The notes under the pieces are model-generated. The model saw only the letters and a program-made list of their open reading frames with translations, searched no databases and had not been told where the DNA came from. A stretch of DNA of 64,000 bases from an uncultured bacterium (lineage in GTDB: Bacteria; Ratteibacteria; UBA8468; B48-G9; DTJG01): positions 23,173 to 87,172 of the forward strand of contig CAZHJN010000001.1 of assembly GCA_964532995.1 (NCBI GenBank), written 5' to 3'. Below, piece by piece: positions 31,342 through 40,584 of the stretch (position 1 is its first letter; each line of letters begins with the position of its first letter). The position numbers were made by a program, and so were the translations under genes.

Positions 31342-32079
31342 TCACATTACCAATCCACCATCAACGCGAAAAACCTGTCCTGTAATATACGATGCTCTAT
31401 CTGAGGCAAGGAACATAACAAGTTCTGCAACATCGTCAGGTGTACCAAACTTACCCAGAGGAATCTTTTCAAGTACCTGATTTTTTATTTTTTCAGGGAT
31501 TTTTTCGGTCATTGGAGTTTGAATATAACCCGGCGCCACAGCGTTAACAGTAACACCGAATCTCGCAAATTCCCTCGCACATGTTTTTGTCATCGCAATC
31601 ATCCCCGCCTTTGAAGCAGAGTAGTTTACCTGTCCTATATTACCTATCTGTCCTATAACTGAAGCTATATTAACAATTCTTCCAGACTTTTGAGGCCACA
31701 TGGCCTGGGCAGTAATTTTACTACACAAAAAGGATCCCTTCAAATTTACCTCAATAACCCTATCCCAATCCTCTTCCTTCATACGCAGGATCAAAGCATC
31801 TCTTGTGATACCCGCATTATTAACCAGAACATCAACTCTTTTGAATTCCGATAGTACCTTTTTCAATGCTTCTTCTATACTGGCACTTTTTGTTATATCA
31901 ACCTCGTCACTGATAATCTGTCCGTTGATTTTGAGTGATTCCTTAACTGAATCAGGTTTCACAACATCCCACAATACAAGATTTGCACCTTCCCTGCCAA
32001 ATTTTTCAGCCATTGCTCTTCCTATGCCACCGGCAGCACCAGTTATAATCACAACTCTGTCATTGAATTCGCCCATCAT
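31342..32079 (-). CDS. fabG: 3-oxoacyl-ACP reductase
   Basis: An SDR protein with TGAAGGIGRA and NAGITRD, the Y-x3-K region, in the fab cluster. Confidence 0.9.
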   Translation of the reverse strand: MMGEFNDRVVIITGAAGGIGRAMAEKFGREGANLVLWDVVKPDSVKESLKINGQIISDEVDITKSASIEEALKKVLSEFKRVDVLVNNAGITRDALILRMKEEDWDRVIEVNLKGSFLCSKITAQAMWPQKSGRIVNIASVIGQIGNIGQVNYSASKAGMIAMTKTCAREFARFGVTVNAVAPGYIQTPMTEKIPEKIKNQVLEKIPLGKFGTPDDVAELVMFLASDRASYITGQVFRVDGGLVM

Positions 32080-33026
32080 TCCTCCTGATTTGAAGTTATT
32101 AACTTCATAATTTCTTTTGCTTGCTCAAGTGAAGCCATATCTTCAATACTGGCAACATTTGTTTCCGGTGAAATTTTTTTAATCAGTCCAGAGAGGACTT
32201 TTTTGGGACCAAGCTCAAAAATAAAATTCACGCCGGCTTTCACTGACTCAATCGTTTTGGTCCACTGCACAGAAGATACAATCTGTTCTTTCAGAACCCG
32301 TTTCACATCAGACGCTTTTAAAACAGGTTCTCCGTTGCAGTTTGCATAAACAGGAAACACACAATCTGAAACATTCATTCTGTCAATTTCTTCTGCAAGA
32401 AATTCTGCGGCAGATTGCATCAGCGGGGTGTGAAATGCTCCTGATACATTCAAGGGAATATTCTTAACCCTGTTTGATTCACACCACTGAATAAAAGATT
32501 TAACAGTATCCTTAGATCCACCCACCACAATCTGTCCTGGGCCGTTTATATTTGAAATGTAAATACCATCATACAAATTTGTTATAGTCTTGACCTCATC
32601 AAACGTTTTTCCGAGTACAGCAACCATTGTTCCAGGATTCTTTATCGTTGCATCTTTCATGAACTTTGCTCTTTTCGTAACAAGAACAAATGCATCTTCA
32701 AGGGAAAAAGCCTCAGCGCATGTAAATGCACTGTATTCACCCAAACTGTGCCCTGCCGCAAATGAAGGTACCTTTGAAAACTCCTGCTGAAAAACCTTCC
32801 AGCAAGCAAAATTTACCGCAAATACACAAACCTGGCATATCTCGGTTTCTGTGAGTTTTTCAATTGGTCCATTGAAACAAAAATTCGCAATATCAAACCC
32901 ACAAATTTTGCTCCCGGTTTCAAATATTTTTCTCACCATTTCATAATTTTCATAAAACTGTTTTCCCATTCCCACGTACTGTGAGCCCTGTCCCGGAAAA
33001 ACCACACCAATTCTTTTCTCAACCAT
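32076..33026 (-). CDS. fabD: Malonyl-CoA:ACP transacylase
   Basis: GVVFPGQGSQYVGMG and AGHSLGEYSA motifs. Confidence 0.92.
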   Translation of the reverse strand: MVEKRIGVVFPGQGSQYVGMGKQFYENYEMVRKIFETGSKICGFDIANFCFNGPIEKLTETEICQVCVFAVNFACWKVFQQEFSKVPSFAAGHSLGEYSAFTCAEAFSLEDAFVLVTKRAKFMKDATIKNPGTMVAVLGKTFDEVKTITNLYDGIYISNINGPGQIVVGGSKDTVKSFIQWCESNRVKNIPLNVSGAFHTPLMQSAAEFLAEEIDRMNVSDCVFPVYANCNGEPVLKASDVKRVLKEQIVSSVQWTKTIESVKAGVNFIFELGPKKVLSGLIKKISPETNVASIEDMASLEQAKEIMKLITSNQEE

Positions 33027-34008
33027 TTTTACCCCATCTTATAAGATTTGCTGCCCATGTAAGACCGGCTCCAAATGAAACCATACATATAAGATCGCCT
33101 TTTTTAATTTTTTTCGTTTTTACCGCTTCATCAAGAGCCACACCAACAGAAGCCGCTGACATATTTCCATATTTCTCAATATTAAGAAACACCCTGTCCA
33201 TGGAAACATCTATCATCTTTGCAACACCCTGAATAATACGAATATTTGCCTGGTGCGGAATAACAAGTGAAATATCCTGCACCTTAATTCCATTTCTATC
33301 AAGTATGTTCTTCACCGATTCTCCCATTGCATTTACTGCGATTCTAAAAAGGGCTGAACCCTCCATTCTCATAAAATGCATCCTTTTTTCAACGGTTTCA
33401 TGCGTGGCAGGCATTCTCGAACCACCCGCTGGAACATAAAGAAGATTTCCATATTTACCTGAAGCTCCAAGATAGGTATCAAGAATCCCCGTACTATCTT
33501 CTGTTTTTGAAATTATCGCTGCAGCGGCTCCATCTCCAAGCAAAACACATGTTGACCGGTCAGTATAATCAGTAACCCTGCTCATGCATTCAGCAGCAAC
33601 AACAAGTATTTTATTGTATCTGCCCCCATTAACCAGATTTCTTGCAACTTCAAGCCCATAAATGAAACCGGAACAGGCAGCTGAAAGATCAAAACATGGA
33701 ACATTTTCTATCCCAAGATTATTCTGGATGATACAGGCCGTGGATGGAAATATCATATCTGCGGTTATTGTTGCGCAGATAATCATATCAATCTGACTTG
33801 AATCAATGCCTGCATCCTCGATTGCCCTTCTGGCAGCCTCAGTACCAAGGTCAGAAGTGGCTTTTTCCGGAGGACATATTCTTCTCTCTTTTATGCCGGT
33901 CCTTGTTATGATCCACTCATCTGATGTATCAACCATTTTTTCAAGATCAGCATTTGTTAAAATCTTTTCTGGAACATAAGATCCAACACCTATAATGTTT
34001 GAACCCAT
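33019..34008 (-). CDS. fabH: 3-oxoacyl-ACP synthase III
   Basis: KAS III family (AACSGFIYGL...; HQANIRII). Confidence 0.92.
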   Translation of the reverse strand: MGSNIIGVGSYVPEKILTNADLEKMVDTSDEWIITRTGIKERRICPPEKATSDLGTEAARRAIEDAGIDSSQIDMIICATITADMIFPSTACIIQNNLGIENVPCFDLSAACSGFIYGLEVARNLVNGGRYNKILVVAAECMSRVTDYTDRSTCVLLGDGAAAAIISKTEDSTGILDTYLGASGKYGNLLYVPAGGSRMPATHETVEKRMHFMRMEGSALFRIAVNAMGESVKNILDRNGIKVQDISLVIPHQANIRIIQGVAKMIDVSMDRVFLNIEKYGNMSAASVGVALDEAVKTKKIKKGDLICMVSFGAGLTWAANLIRWGKNG

Positions 34009-35000
34009 TTTTCCCTCTGTCCCTTCAGTTTTTCAATAAATGAACTGTTTGTAATTTTCTCTCCGAGCTGAAGAGCATTACATATAGCTCGCGGAGATGA
34101 TCTACCATGACCTATAATCACTATTCCATCAACACCGAGCAAAACACCACCCCCATAGTCAGCATAATCGGTTTTTCTTGTGTACCTTCTGATGGAACCT
34201 TTTGCGATCAAAAAGCCAATCTTACCTGCAACTGACCTGTTTATTTCCCGAAACATTATGTTTTTGAAAGCCCTGCCAATTCCCTCACAAACCTTAAGAA
34301 CAATATTCCCTGAGAAACCATCAGTAATAATGACATCCGCCTTACCTGTAAACAGCTCATGCCCTTCTATATTACCAATAAAATTTATTTCATTTTTCTC
34401 GGAAAGCTTCTTATAAACAATCTGTCTGATTTCGTCGCCCTTACCGGGTTCTTCACCAATATTCAAAAGACCTGTGGATGGATTTTCTATTCCAAGAACA
34501 TATTTCGCATAAAGATTTCCCATGATCGCATACTGATAAAGGTTAATCGGTTTAGATGAAACATTAGCTCCAACATCAAGGAAAAGAGTAATTCGATCTT
34601 TCAAATTTGGCAGGTGCACGCATATTGCAGGTCTGTCTATGCCTTCAATGAGGCCGAGTTCAGCAATTGCGATTGACACAAAAAGAGCGGTATTGCCCGC
34701 ACTGAATGCAACATCAACCTGCCTGTTTTTGAGCATCTGGATAACCTTGTGCATTGTGGTATCTTTGTTTCTAAAAATAGCAAGGGATAATTTCGTATCC
34801 ATCGGTATGTAACCATCACAATAAACCAGTTTAAAACCGGGAATATCATCATACCTTTCAGTTTGCTTCAGCTTCTCTTCCGGACAGACGCAGGTAATTT
34901 CTGCCCCGTCCTTATTGTTTTCCACAAATATACGAATTCCCCTGATAACCGCCGCAGGAGCATGATCCCCGCCCATACCATCAATAGCGATTCTGACCAT
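33990..35000 (-). CDS. plsX: Phosphate acyltransferase PlsX
   Basis: [15 protein letters not shown] is the typical PlsX start. Confidence 0.92.
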   Translation of the reverse strand: MVRIAIDGMGGDHAPAAVIRGIRIFVENNKDGAEITCVCPEEKLKQTERYDDIPGFKLVYCDGYIPMDTKLSLAIFRNKDTTMHKVIQMLKNRQVDVAFSAGNTALFVSIAIAELGLIEGIDRPAICVHLPNLKDRITLFLDVGANVSSKPINLYQYAIMGNLYAKYVLGIENPSTGLLNIGEEPGKGDEIRQIVYKKLSEKNEINFIGNIEGHELFTGKADVIITDGFSGNIVLKVCEGIGRAFKNIMFREINRSVAGKIGFLIAKGSIRRYTRKTDYADYGGGVLLGVDGIVIIGHGRSSPRAICNALQLGEKITNSSFIEKLKGQREKWVQTL

Positions 35001-35200
35001 TATTTTTTGGGTTGTTTCTCTTTGATCTTTTTTGCTATGACAAGTTTACCATTGTAATAACCACATTCCATACAAACCCTGTGTGGTAGTTTCATTGCAC
35101 CGCAGTTTGAACATGGTACAAGACCCGGAAGTAAAACCCTCTTATTATTTTTTCTTCTGGCATCCCTTCTGCTATTACTATGACGTCTTGAAGTGGTCAT
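35000..35200 (-). CDS. rpmF: 50S ribosomal protein L32 (zinc-ribbon form)
   Basis: The 66-aa product has [12 protein letters not shown]...CSNCG...CMECGYY. It lies upstream of plsX, as is usual. Confidence 0.85.
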   Translation of the reverse strand: MTTSRRHSNSRRDARRKNNKRVLLPGLVPCSNCGAMKLPHRVCMECGYYNGKLVIAKKIKEKQPKK

Positions 35201-35215
35201 TCATTCTCCTTGTTA

Positions 35216-35734
35216 TTATCTGGACTGATTCTTTTCTCTCAATTTTTTCGCAACAAGTTCCGGTACAAATTTTTCAACCGGACCATTCAATTTTGCAATC
35301 TCCTTAACTGCAGAAGAACTCAAATAAAGATATTCCTCCCTTGGTGTAAGAAAAATTGTCTCGATCCTGGGAAGAAGTTTTCTGTTGGTCAGAACCATCT
35401 GAAACTCATAGTCAAAATCTGAAACGGCTCTCAATCCTCGAATTACAAGATATATCCCCTTTTTTTCAAGATAGTCAACAAGCAATCCATCAAAATAATC
35501 AATAATAATGTCCTGTCTGTTTCCAAAAATACCCCTGAGCATATCCATCCGTTCTCTGAAAGAAAACAGAGGTTTCTTTGCCGGATGATGTGTCACACTC
35601 ACTATCAGGATATCAATGAATTTCAAACTTCTCTCAATGATATCAATGTGGCCATTGGTCACGGGATCAAAACTACCCGGATATACTGCCAGCCGTTCCT
35701 TCCTTTTTATAAATCTGTATTCTCGCTGAACCAT
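35216..35734 (-). CDS. coaD: Phosphopantetheine adenylyltransferase
   Basis: AVYPGSFDPVTNGHIDIIERS is the CoaD motif. The 5' end is uncertain: the ATG at 35734 overlaps rsmD by 62 nt, and an alternative CTG sits near 35690. Confidence 0.85.
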   Translation of the reverse strand: MVQREYRFIKRKERLAVYPGSFDPVTNGHIDIIERSLKFIDILIVSVTHHPAKKPLFSFRERMDMLRGIFGNRQDIIIDYFDGLLVDYLEKKGIYLVIRGLRAVSDFDYEFQMVLTNRKLLPRIETIFLTPREEYLYLSSSAVKEIAKLNGPVEKFVPELVAKKLREKNQSR

Positions 35735-36254
35735 AGATCTTTTCCTTTATCAATCTGAAACCAGAAATCATTGAGGTTTCAGAAACATTAATGGTCTTTC
35801 CTGTTTCAATGATAAAAAGACCACTATCTGCAAGAATTTCATATGATCCTGAAAAAACTTTTTTCAATCCTGACAGATTGAACTCATAAGGAGGATCTGA
35901 AAATATGATATCAAACCTGCAACCTGCAGTATGAAGTTTTTTAAGAGCTGATTTAACATCCATTCTCATCACTTTGATACTATCTTCCAGATTCAGTATC
36001 CTCGCATTTTTTTTAATAAGATTTACAGCAAGTAAGGAATTATCAACAAATATTACTGATCTTGCTCCACGGCTCAGTGCCTCAAAACCTAAAGCTCCTG
36101 TCCCTGCAAAAATCTCAAGTACACGACTATCCTTGATGTAATTGCAAATCATATCAAAAACTGCTTCACGCACAATATTTCGAGTTGGTCTTAAACCTGA
36201 TGTTTTCCTGTAAAATAAAACCCTGCCCCTGAGAAAACCGCCTGTCAACCTCAT
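35673..36254 (-). CDS. rsmD: 16S rRNA (guanine966-N2)-methyltransferase RsmD
   Basis: RPTRNIVREAVFDMI...FAGTGALGFEALSRGA...SDPPY. The start was chosen at MRLTGGF, adjacent to the secF stop. Confidence 0.85.
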   Translation of the reverse strand: MRLTGGFLRGRVLFYRKTSGLRPTRNIVREAVFDMICNYIKDSRVLEIFAGTGALGFEALSRGARSVIFVDNSLLAVNLIKKNARILNLEDSIKVMRMDVKSALKKLHTAGCRFDIIFSDPPYEFNLSGLKKVFSGSYEILADSGLFIIETGKTINVSETSMISGFRLIKEKIYGSARIQIYKKEGTAGSISG

Positions 36255-37141
36255 AACCTGAATCTTAAAGCAAACTTTTTCTGCCAATCAATAAGAATAG
36301 CAGAAGCAATGAATATCGAGGAATAAGTTCCAAAGAAAAATCCAAATAGAAGCGTATACGCAAAATTTTTGAGCGGTTCTCCACCAAAAATTAACAGAAG
36401 CAAATCAACAAATATCACGGTTAAAACAGTTAGAATTGTTCTGCTTAAGGTTTCATTAATTGATTGATTGAACAATTCAGGATAATTTTTAGAATGGGTC
36501 TTTCTCAGATTTTCCCTGATTCGGTCAAAAATAACAATGGTATCATTAACAGAATAACCTGCAATTGTAAGAAGCGCAGCTATGATTGTGCTATCTATAA
36601 TCCTTTTTGATATTGCAAGAATAGCAATAACTACCAGCAGATCATGAAAAATTGCGATTGTGGCGCACACAGCAAAATGGAATTCAAACCTTATTGTAAG
36701 ATAGAGCAAAATTCCTATCAGTCCTGTAAAAAACGCTATCAGCGCTCTTTTCCTCAATGTCACACTCATTGAAGGCGATATCACGGATTTTGCTTCTACC
36801 TGAATATTCTCTTTTCCAAAACCTGACTCAATAGCTGAAAGTATCCTGTCTGAAGTATTGGGAGGCGACTTAATTATAAATTCATTTCGTTGAGTTCCAA
36901 TTTCCTGAACAGTTATCTCGGATATTCCAAGATTTTTCAATTGATTTCTCACCATCGCAACAGAACTCTGTGAAGTAAGTTTAATCTGAATCATATCCCC
37001 GCCAATAAAATCGATCCCAAAGTTCGCTTTTCCTCTAATACCAAAAATTATCATACCAACCAGAATCAAAACAAAAGAAAACAGATAAGCCCATCTTCTT
37101 TTCCCTATAAAATCAAAGTGTGGATTTTTTATAAGCTCCAT
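36251..37141 (-). CDS. secF: Protein translocase subunit SecF
   Basis: FDFIGKRRWAYLFSFVLILVGMIIFGIRGKANFGIDFIGG is the SecF start. Confidence 0.9.
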   Translation of the reverse strand: MELIKNPHFDFIGKRRWAYLFSFVLILVGMIIFGIRGKANFGIDFIGGDMIQIKLTSQSSVAMVRNQLKNLGISEITVQEIGTQRNEFIIKSPPNTSDRILSAIESGFGKENIQVEAKSVISPSMSVTLRKRALIAFFTGLIGILLYLTIRFEFHFAVCATIAIFHDLLVVIAILAISKRIIDSTIIAALLTIAGYSVNDTIVIFDRIRENLRKTHSKNYPELFNQSINETLSRTILTVLTVIFVDLLLLIFGGEPLKNFAYTLLFGFFFGTYSSIFIASAILIDWQKKFALRFRL

Positions 37142-37142
37142 T

Positions 37143-38468
37143 TTATATCCTTATCTTTTCAAGACTTCGATTGGCAACAATAAAATCTACAATCGCTTTC
37201 GTCGCAAACACCGCTGTAAAAAGGTTTGCAATAATACCGACAGAAAGTGTCAAACCAAAACCTTTCACAGAACCCTCTCCGAGAAAGAAAAGTATTGATC
37301 CTGTTATGATTGTGGTAATGTTTGAGTCAAGTATTGCGGACCACGCACGATGATAACCGGATTCTATGGCTGCCTTTGCTGACTTCCCCTGGCGGAGTTC
37401 CTCTCTTATCCTTTCAAAAATCAGTATGTTTGCGTCAACAGCCATACCGCAGGTTAAAGCAATCCCGGCAATACCCGGAAGAGTTAACACGCCTTTGAAC
37501 ATTGCCATAAAGGAAAGCAGGATTAAAAGGTTTATTGCCATTGCAAGATCTGCAAGTAAACCGAAAATATAGTAATAAACAATCATGAAAATCACAACCA
37601 CAATGATTCCATACAGAGCCGCTTTTAACGATTTTTCAATATATTCTCTTCCAAGGGTTGGACCCACAATCTGTTGATATATGATATTGACTTTCGCGGG
37701 AAGAGCACCGGCACGCAACACAATTACGAGTTCCTTAGCTTCTGTCATTGTAAAATCGCCTGATATCTGACCTCTACCATCAGGAATTCTATCTCTTATT
37801 ACAGGTGCGGATTTCACCACGCCATCAAGAACAATGGCAAGTCTTCTACCGATATTTTCACCTGTAACAGTTGCAAACTTACCGGCACCTTCTTTATTGA
37901 GAACAAAATTGACCTCAGGAAAACCGGAATTCCCGTATCCGACAAAGGCATCACTTAATCCAGCACCTGTAAGTTCTGGTTGTCTCTTAACAAGGATTGG
38001 ACTTGTTTCTCTTGTAATCCCTCGTTCATCTTTTTGGTGCATGTAAAGAACCTCATAATCCCTCAGTATTTCGCTTTCTCCTTTTAAAGCATCTGTAAGT
38101 TTCCTGGAATCCTCTTCAACCAGGCGAAATTCAAGAAGTGCGGTTTTTCCTATAATGTCAATTGCCCGTTGTGTATCTTTTATACCGGGCAGATCCACGA
38201 TAATCCGATTAACACCCTCTTTCTGGATAACAGGTTCACTCACACCGAGCCCATCAACTCTGTTTCTTATAATTTCCAGTGCTCTCTGAGTAACATCAGA
38301 CATTGATTTTTCGCCTTCGGGTGGCTGCTCAACCTCCAGTACAATATGAACCCCTCCCTGAAGATCAAGTCCTCTTTTAATTTTTTTATCAAGCGGATAA
38401 ATTTGCCATATGCAGTAGGCTATGACTGCAACTATGAAACCCACCTTTATATAATGTTTACGCATCAT
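37143..38468 (-). CDS. secD: Protein translocase subunit SecD (short form)
   Basis: LDLQGGVHIVLEV... with a 6-TM C-terminus. Adjacent to secF. Confidence 0.9.
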   Translation of the reverse strand: MMRKHYIKVGFIVAVIAYCIWQIYPLDKKIKRGLDLQGGVHIVLEVEQPPEGEKSMSDVTQRALEIIRNRVDGLGVSEPVIQKEGVNRIIVDLPGIKDTQRAIDIIGKTALLEFRLVEEDSRKLTDALKGESEILRDYEVLYMHQKDERGITRETSPILVKRQPELTGAGLSDAFVGYGNSGFPEVNFVLNKEGAGKFATVTGENIGRRLAIVLDGVVKSAPVIRDRIPDGRGQISGDFTMTEAKELVIVLRAGALPAKVNIIYQQIVGPTLGREYIEKSLKAALYGIIVVVIFMIVYYYIFGLLADLAMAINLLILLSFMAMFKGVLTLPGIAGIALTCGMAVDANILIFERIREELRQGKSAKAAIESGYHRAWSAILDSNITTIITGSILFFLGEGSVKGFGLTLSVGIIANLFTAVFATKAIVDFIVANRSLEKIRI

Positions 38469-38839
38469 TTGTACACCTTTTCAGGGTTAAATATTCTTTC
38501 ATCAACAACCTTCAATTCATTTCCATCGATCCTTCTCCAGAAGCAGGAAAAATAACCTTCGTGACAGCATCCACACACCTGTTCAACTATCAACAGAAGC
38601 GCATCCTGATCACAGTCAACCCTTATTTCACGGATTTTCTGGATATGACCTGATGTCTCTCCTTTTTTCCACAGTTTTTTCCTACTTCTGCTCCAGAAGT
38701 GTACAGTACCTGTCTCTATGGACCTTTTTATACTTTCAACGTTCATATAACCAAGCATAAGTACCCTGCCCCCTGTATCCTGTACAATGGCAGGTATAAG
38801 GCCATCTCTGTTGAATTTAAGTTCTTTCAAAATATCCAT
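38465..38839 (-). CDS. hisI: Phosphoribosyl-AMP cyclohydrolase (HisI-like)
   Basis: DGLIPAIVQDTGGRVLMLGYMNVESI...WSRSRKKLWKKGETSGH...DCDQDALLL...CHEGYFSCF. The start was chosen at MDILKEL. The ORF-track N-terminal extension overlaps the plus-strand gene and is spurious. Confidence 0.8.
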   Translation of the reverse strand: MDILKELKFNRDGLIPAIVQDTGGRVLMLGYMNVESIKRSIETGTVHFWSRSRKKLWKKGETSGHIQKIREIRVDCDQDALLLIVEQVCGCCHEGYFSCFWRRIDGNELKVVDERIFNPEKVYK

Positions 38840-38919
38840 TTTAATATATTCTGATTCTCTATTGAAAAAGCTAACAGAAAATACTATCATAAATAACATA
38901 ATATGGCAAATAGCTGAAA

Positions 38920-39186
38920 ATGTCCCGCATAAACAAAACAGAAAAACTCGTATTAAAACAGGTATGTCTTGTTCCTTTTGGCAGCACTTCCACATACAAA
39001 AAAATTGCTGTTAAGTCTGGTGGTATCAACCCGAGAACAGTTGGAAAAATTCTGAATGAAAACAAAAATCTCATAGCGATTCCCTGTCATAGAATTATAT
39101 ATTCAAACATGAAAACAGGAGGATATCGAATAGGAAAGGATTTTAAAAAATTTATACTTGAATGGGAAAAAAGAATTATTTCATAA
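38920..39186 (+). CDS. Minimal O6-alkylguanine-DNA alkyltransferase-like protein (MGMT DNA-binding/active-site domain only, 88 aa)
   Basis: PFGSTSTYKKIAVKSGGINPRTVGKILNENKNLIAIPCHRIIYSNMKTGGY. The PCHR active-site motif is retained. This is the only plus-strand gene within the 53-kb minus block. Confidence 0.7.
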   Translation: MSRINKTEKLVLKQVCLVPFGSTSTYKKIAVKSGGINPRTVGKILNENKNLIAIPCHRIIYSNMKTGGYRIGKDFKKFILEWEKRIIS

Positions 39187-39205
39187 AAGTTTTTTATGAT
39201 TCAAC

Positions 39206-40579
39206 TCAGGCATATTTTTTTAATTCAGAATACCTTTCGTACATTTCAGTATAGCATTGAAGTAAATTTTCATCGGCCTGAAAAAGATTGCCTGAAAGAC
39301 TTTCCCTCAATGAGAATGAACGCCAGAAAAGTTTCATAGCACCTGCACCGGCAGCTTCATTTATTTCAGGAACAAAAACAGACTTTCCGGTAATATTTGC
39401 AAGCAACTGAGAGAGAAAAGAATTTTTTGCAGCACCACCTATCATTACAATGTGATTTATTTTTTCTCCTTCCGGCAAAATTTTTTCTGTTTTTTCAAGC
39501 CTTTCACGAACCTGAAAACAGAGGGATTCCACAATTGCCTGCATTATTTCAGAAGCTTTTGTCGATAAACTCAACCCGCAGATGCTTCCTCTTCCGATAT
39601 TAAATTCAGGTATTACAATAATCCCAGATGGTTTATCGGAAGGAAGAAATTTCTGCCTGAAGGTTTTCTGACCCCATTCATAAACAACACCACCATTACT
39701 GATAGCAGCCATGAGACCATATATATTCTGTTTTAGATGAGGACCAGGCGAAAGCTGTCTATTATCATCAAAAACAATGGATTCAGTGGTAACAAGCAAG
39801 ACCCATGCGGTTCCACAGGAAACAAGAATTTTACCCTTCTCCGCAGCGCCGGCACCAAGGCTTGCGCAATACTGATCATGCCCACCGGCAAGAACAGGAA
39901 TTCCAGATTTCAAACCTGTTGAACCGGCAACATTTTCTTTCAGATTTCCTGTGACCGTATCTGCTTCCACAATTTCTGGCAGCATCTGGTTACTTATTCC
40001 CGCTATCTCCAGCAGTTCAGAATCCCACTGTCTCTTTTTTAAATTGTAAAGATTGGTAATTGCTGCGCTGGTATGGTCCAGGACAAAATTGCCGGTCAGA
40101 AAATGATTCACATAATCCGCAACAAAAGAAATCCGAGCAGTTTTTCTGAAAATTTCGGGTTCATTCTTTTTCAGCCATCTCAATATCGCCACACAGGACC
40201 ATCCACCGGGCACATATCCTGTCTTCTTATAAAAAAAATCCTCTCCAAAATTGCGCACAAGATCGTGTGCAACATGTATTGCCCTGTTATCAAGCCATGT
40301 TATTGCAGGTCTGAGTGGAAGAAGATTTTTATCCAGCAACACAAATGTTCCACCCTGAAAACTGCCGGACACACCAATTACTGATGACTTCTGTTTCAGT
40401 TTTGATATTCCTTTTGTTATTGCAGCAACCCAATCATTGCAGTCCTGTTCAACAAAAAGAGAACCTGAAAAAGAGATGCCTGTTTTTATTGATGCACTCT
40501 GGAGAATTTTTCCATCCATTGAATAGAGAAAAACCTTGGTATTTGTGGTACCGCTATCAAAACACAAAATTTTTTCCAT
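39206..40579 (-). CDS. FGGY-family carbohydrate kinase (ribulokinase/xylulokinase-like)
   Basis: MEKILCFDSGTTNTKVFLY is the FGGY N-terminal start. C-terminal FGGY domain with GGAAKNSFLSQLLANITG. Confidence 0.8.
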   Translation of the reverse strand: MEKILCFDSGTTNTKVFLYSMDGKILQSASIKTGISFSGSLFVEQDCNDWVAAITKGISKLKQKSSVIGVSGSFQGGTFVLLDKNLLPLRPAITWLDNRAIHVAHDLVRNFGEDFFYKKTGYVPGGWSCVAILRWLKKNEPEIFRKTARISFVADYVNHFLTGNFVLDHTSAAITNLYNLKKRQWDSELLEIAGISNQMLPEIVEADTVTGNLKENVAGSTGLKSGIPVLAGGHDQYCASLGAGAAEKGKILVSCGTAWVLLVTTESIVFDDNRQLSPGPHLKQNIYGLMAAISNGGVVYEWGQKTFRQKFLPSDKPSGIIVIPEFNIGRGSICGLSLSTKASEIMQAIVESLCFQVRERLEKTEKILPEGEKINHIVMIGGAAKNSFLSQLLANITGKSVFVPEINEAAGAGAMKLFWRSFSLRESLSGNLFQADENLLQCYTEMYERYSELKKYA

Positions 40580-40584
40580 ATTCT

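Noticed and set aside
38840-38995. N-terminal extension of the hisI ORF (MWKCCQKEQD...) in the ORF track
   Set aside because: It is a hydrophobic low-complexity translation that runs antisense through the plus-strand MGMT-like gene. The start at MDILKEL removes the overlap.
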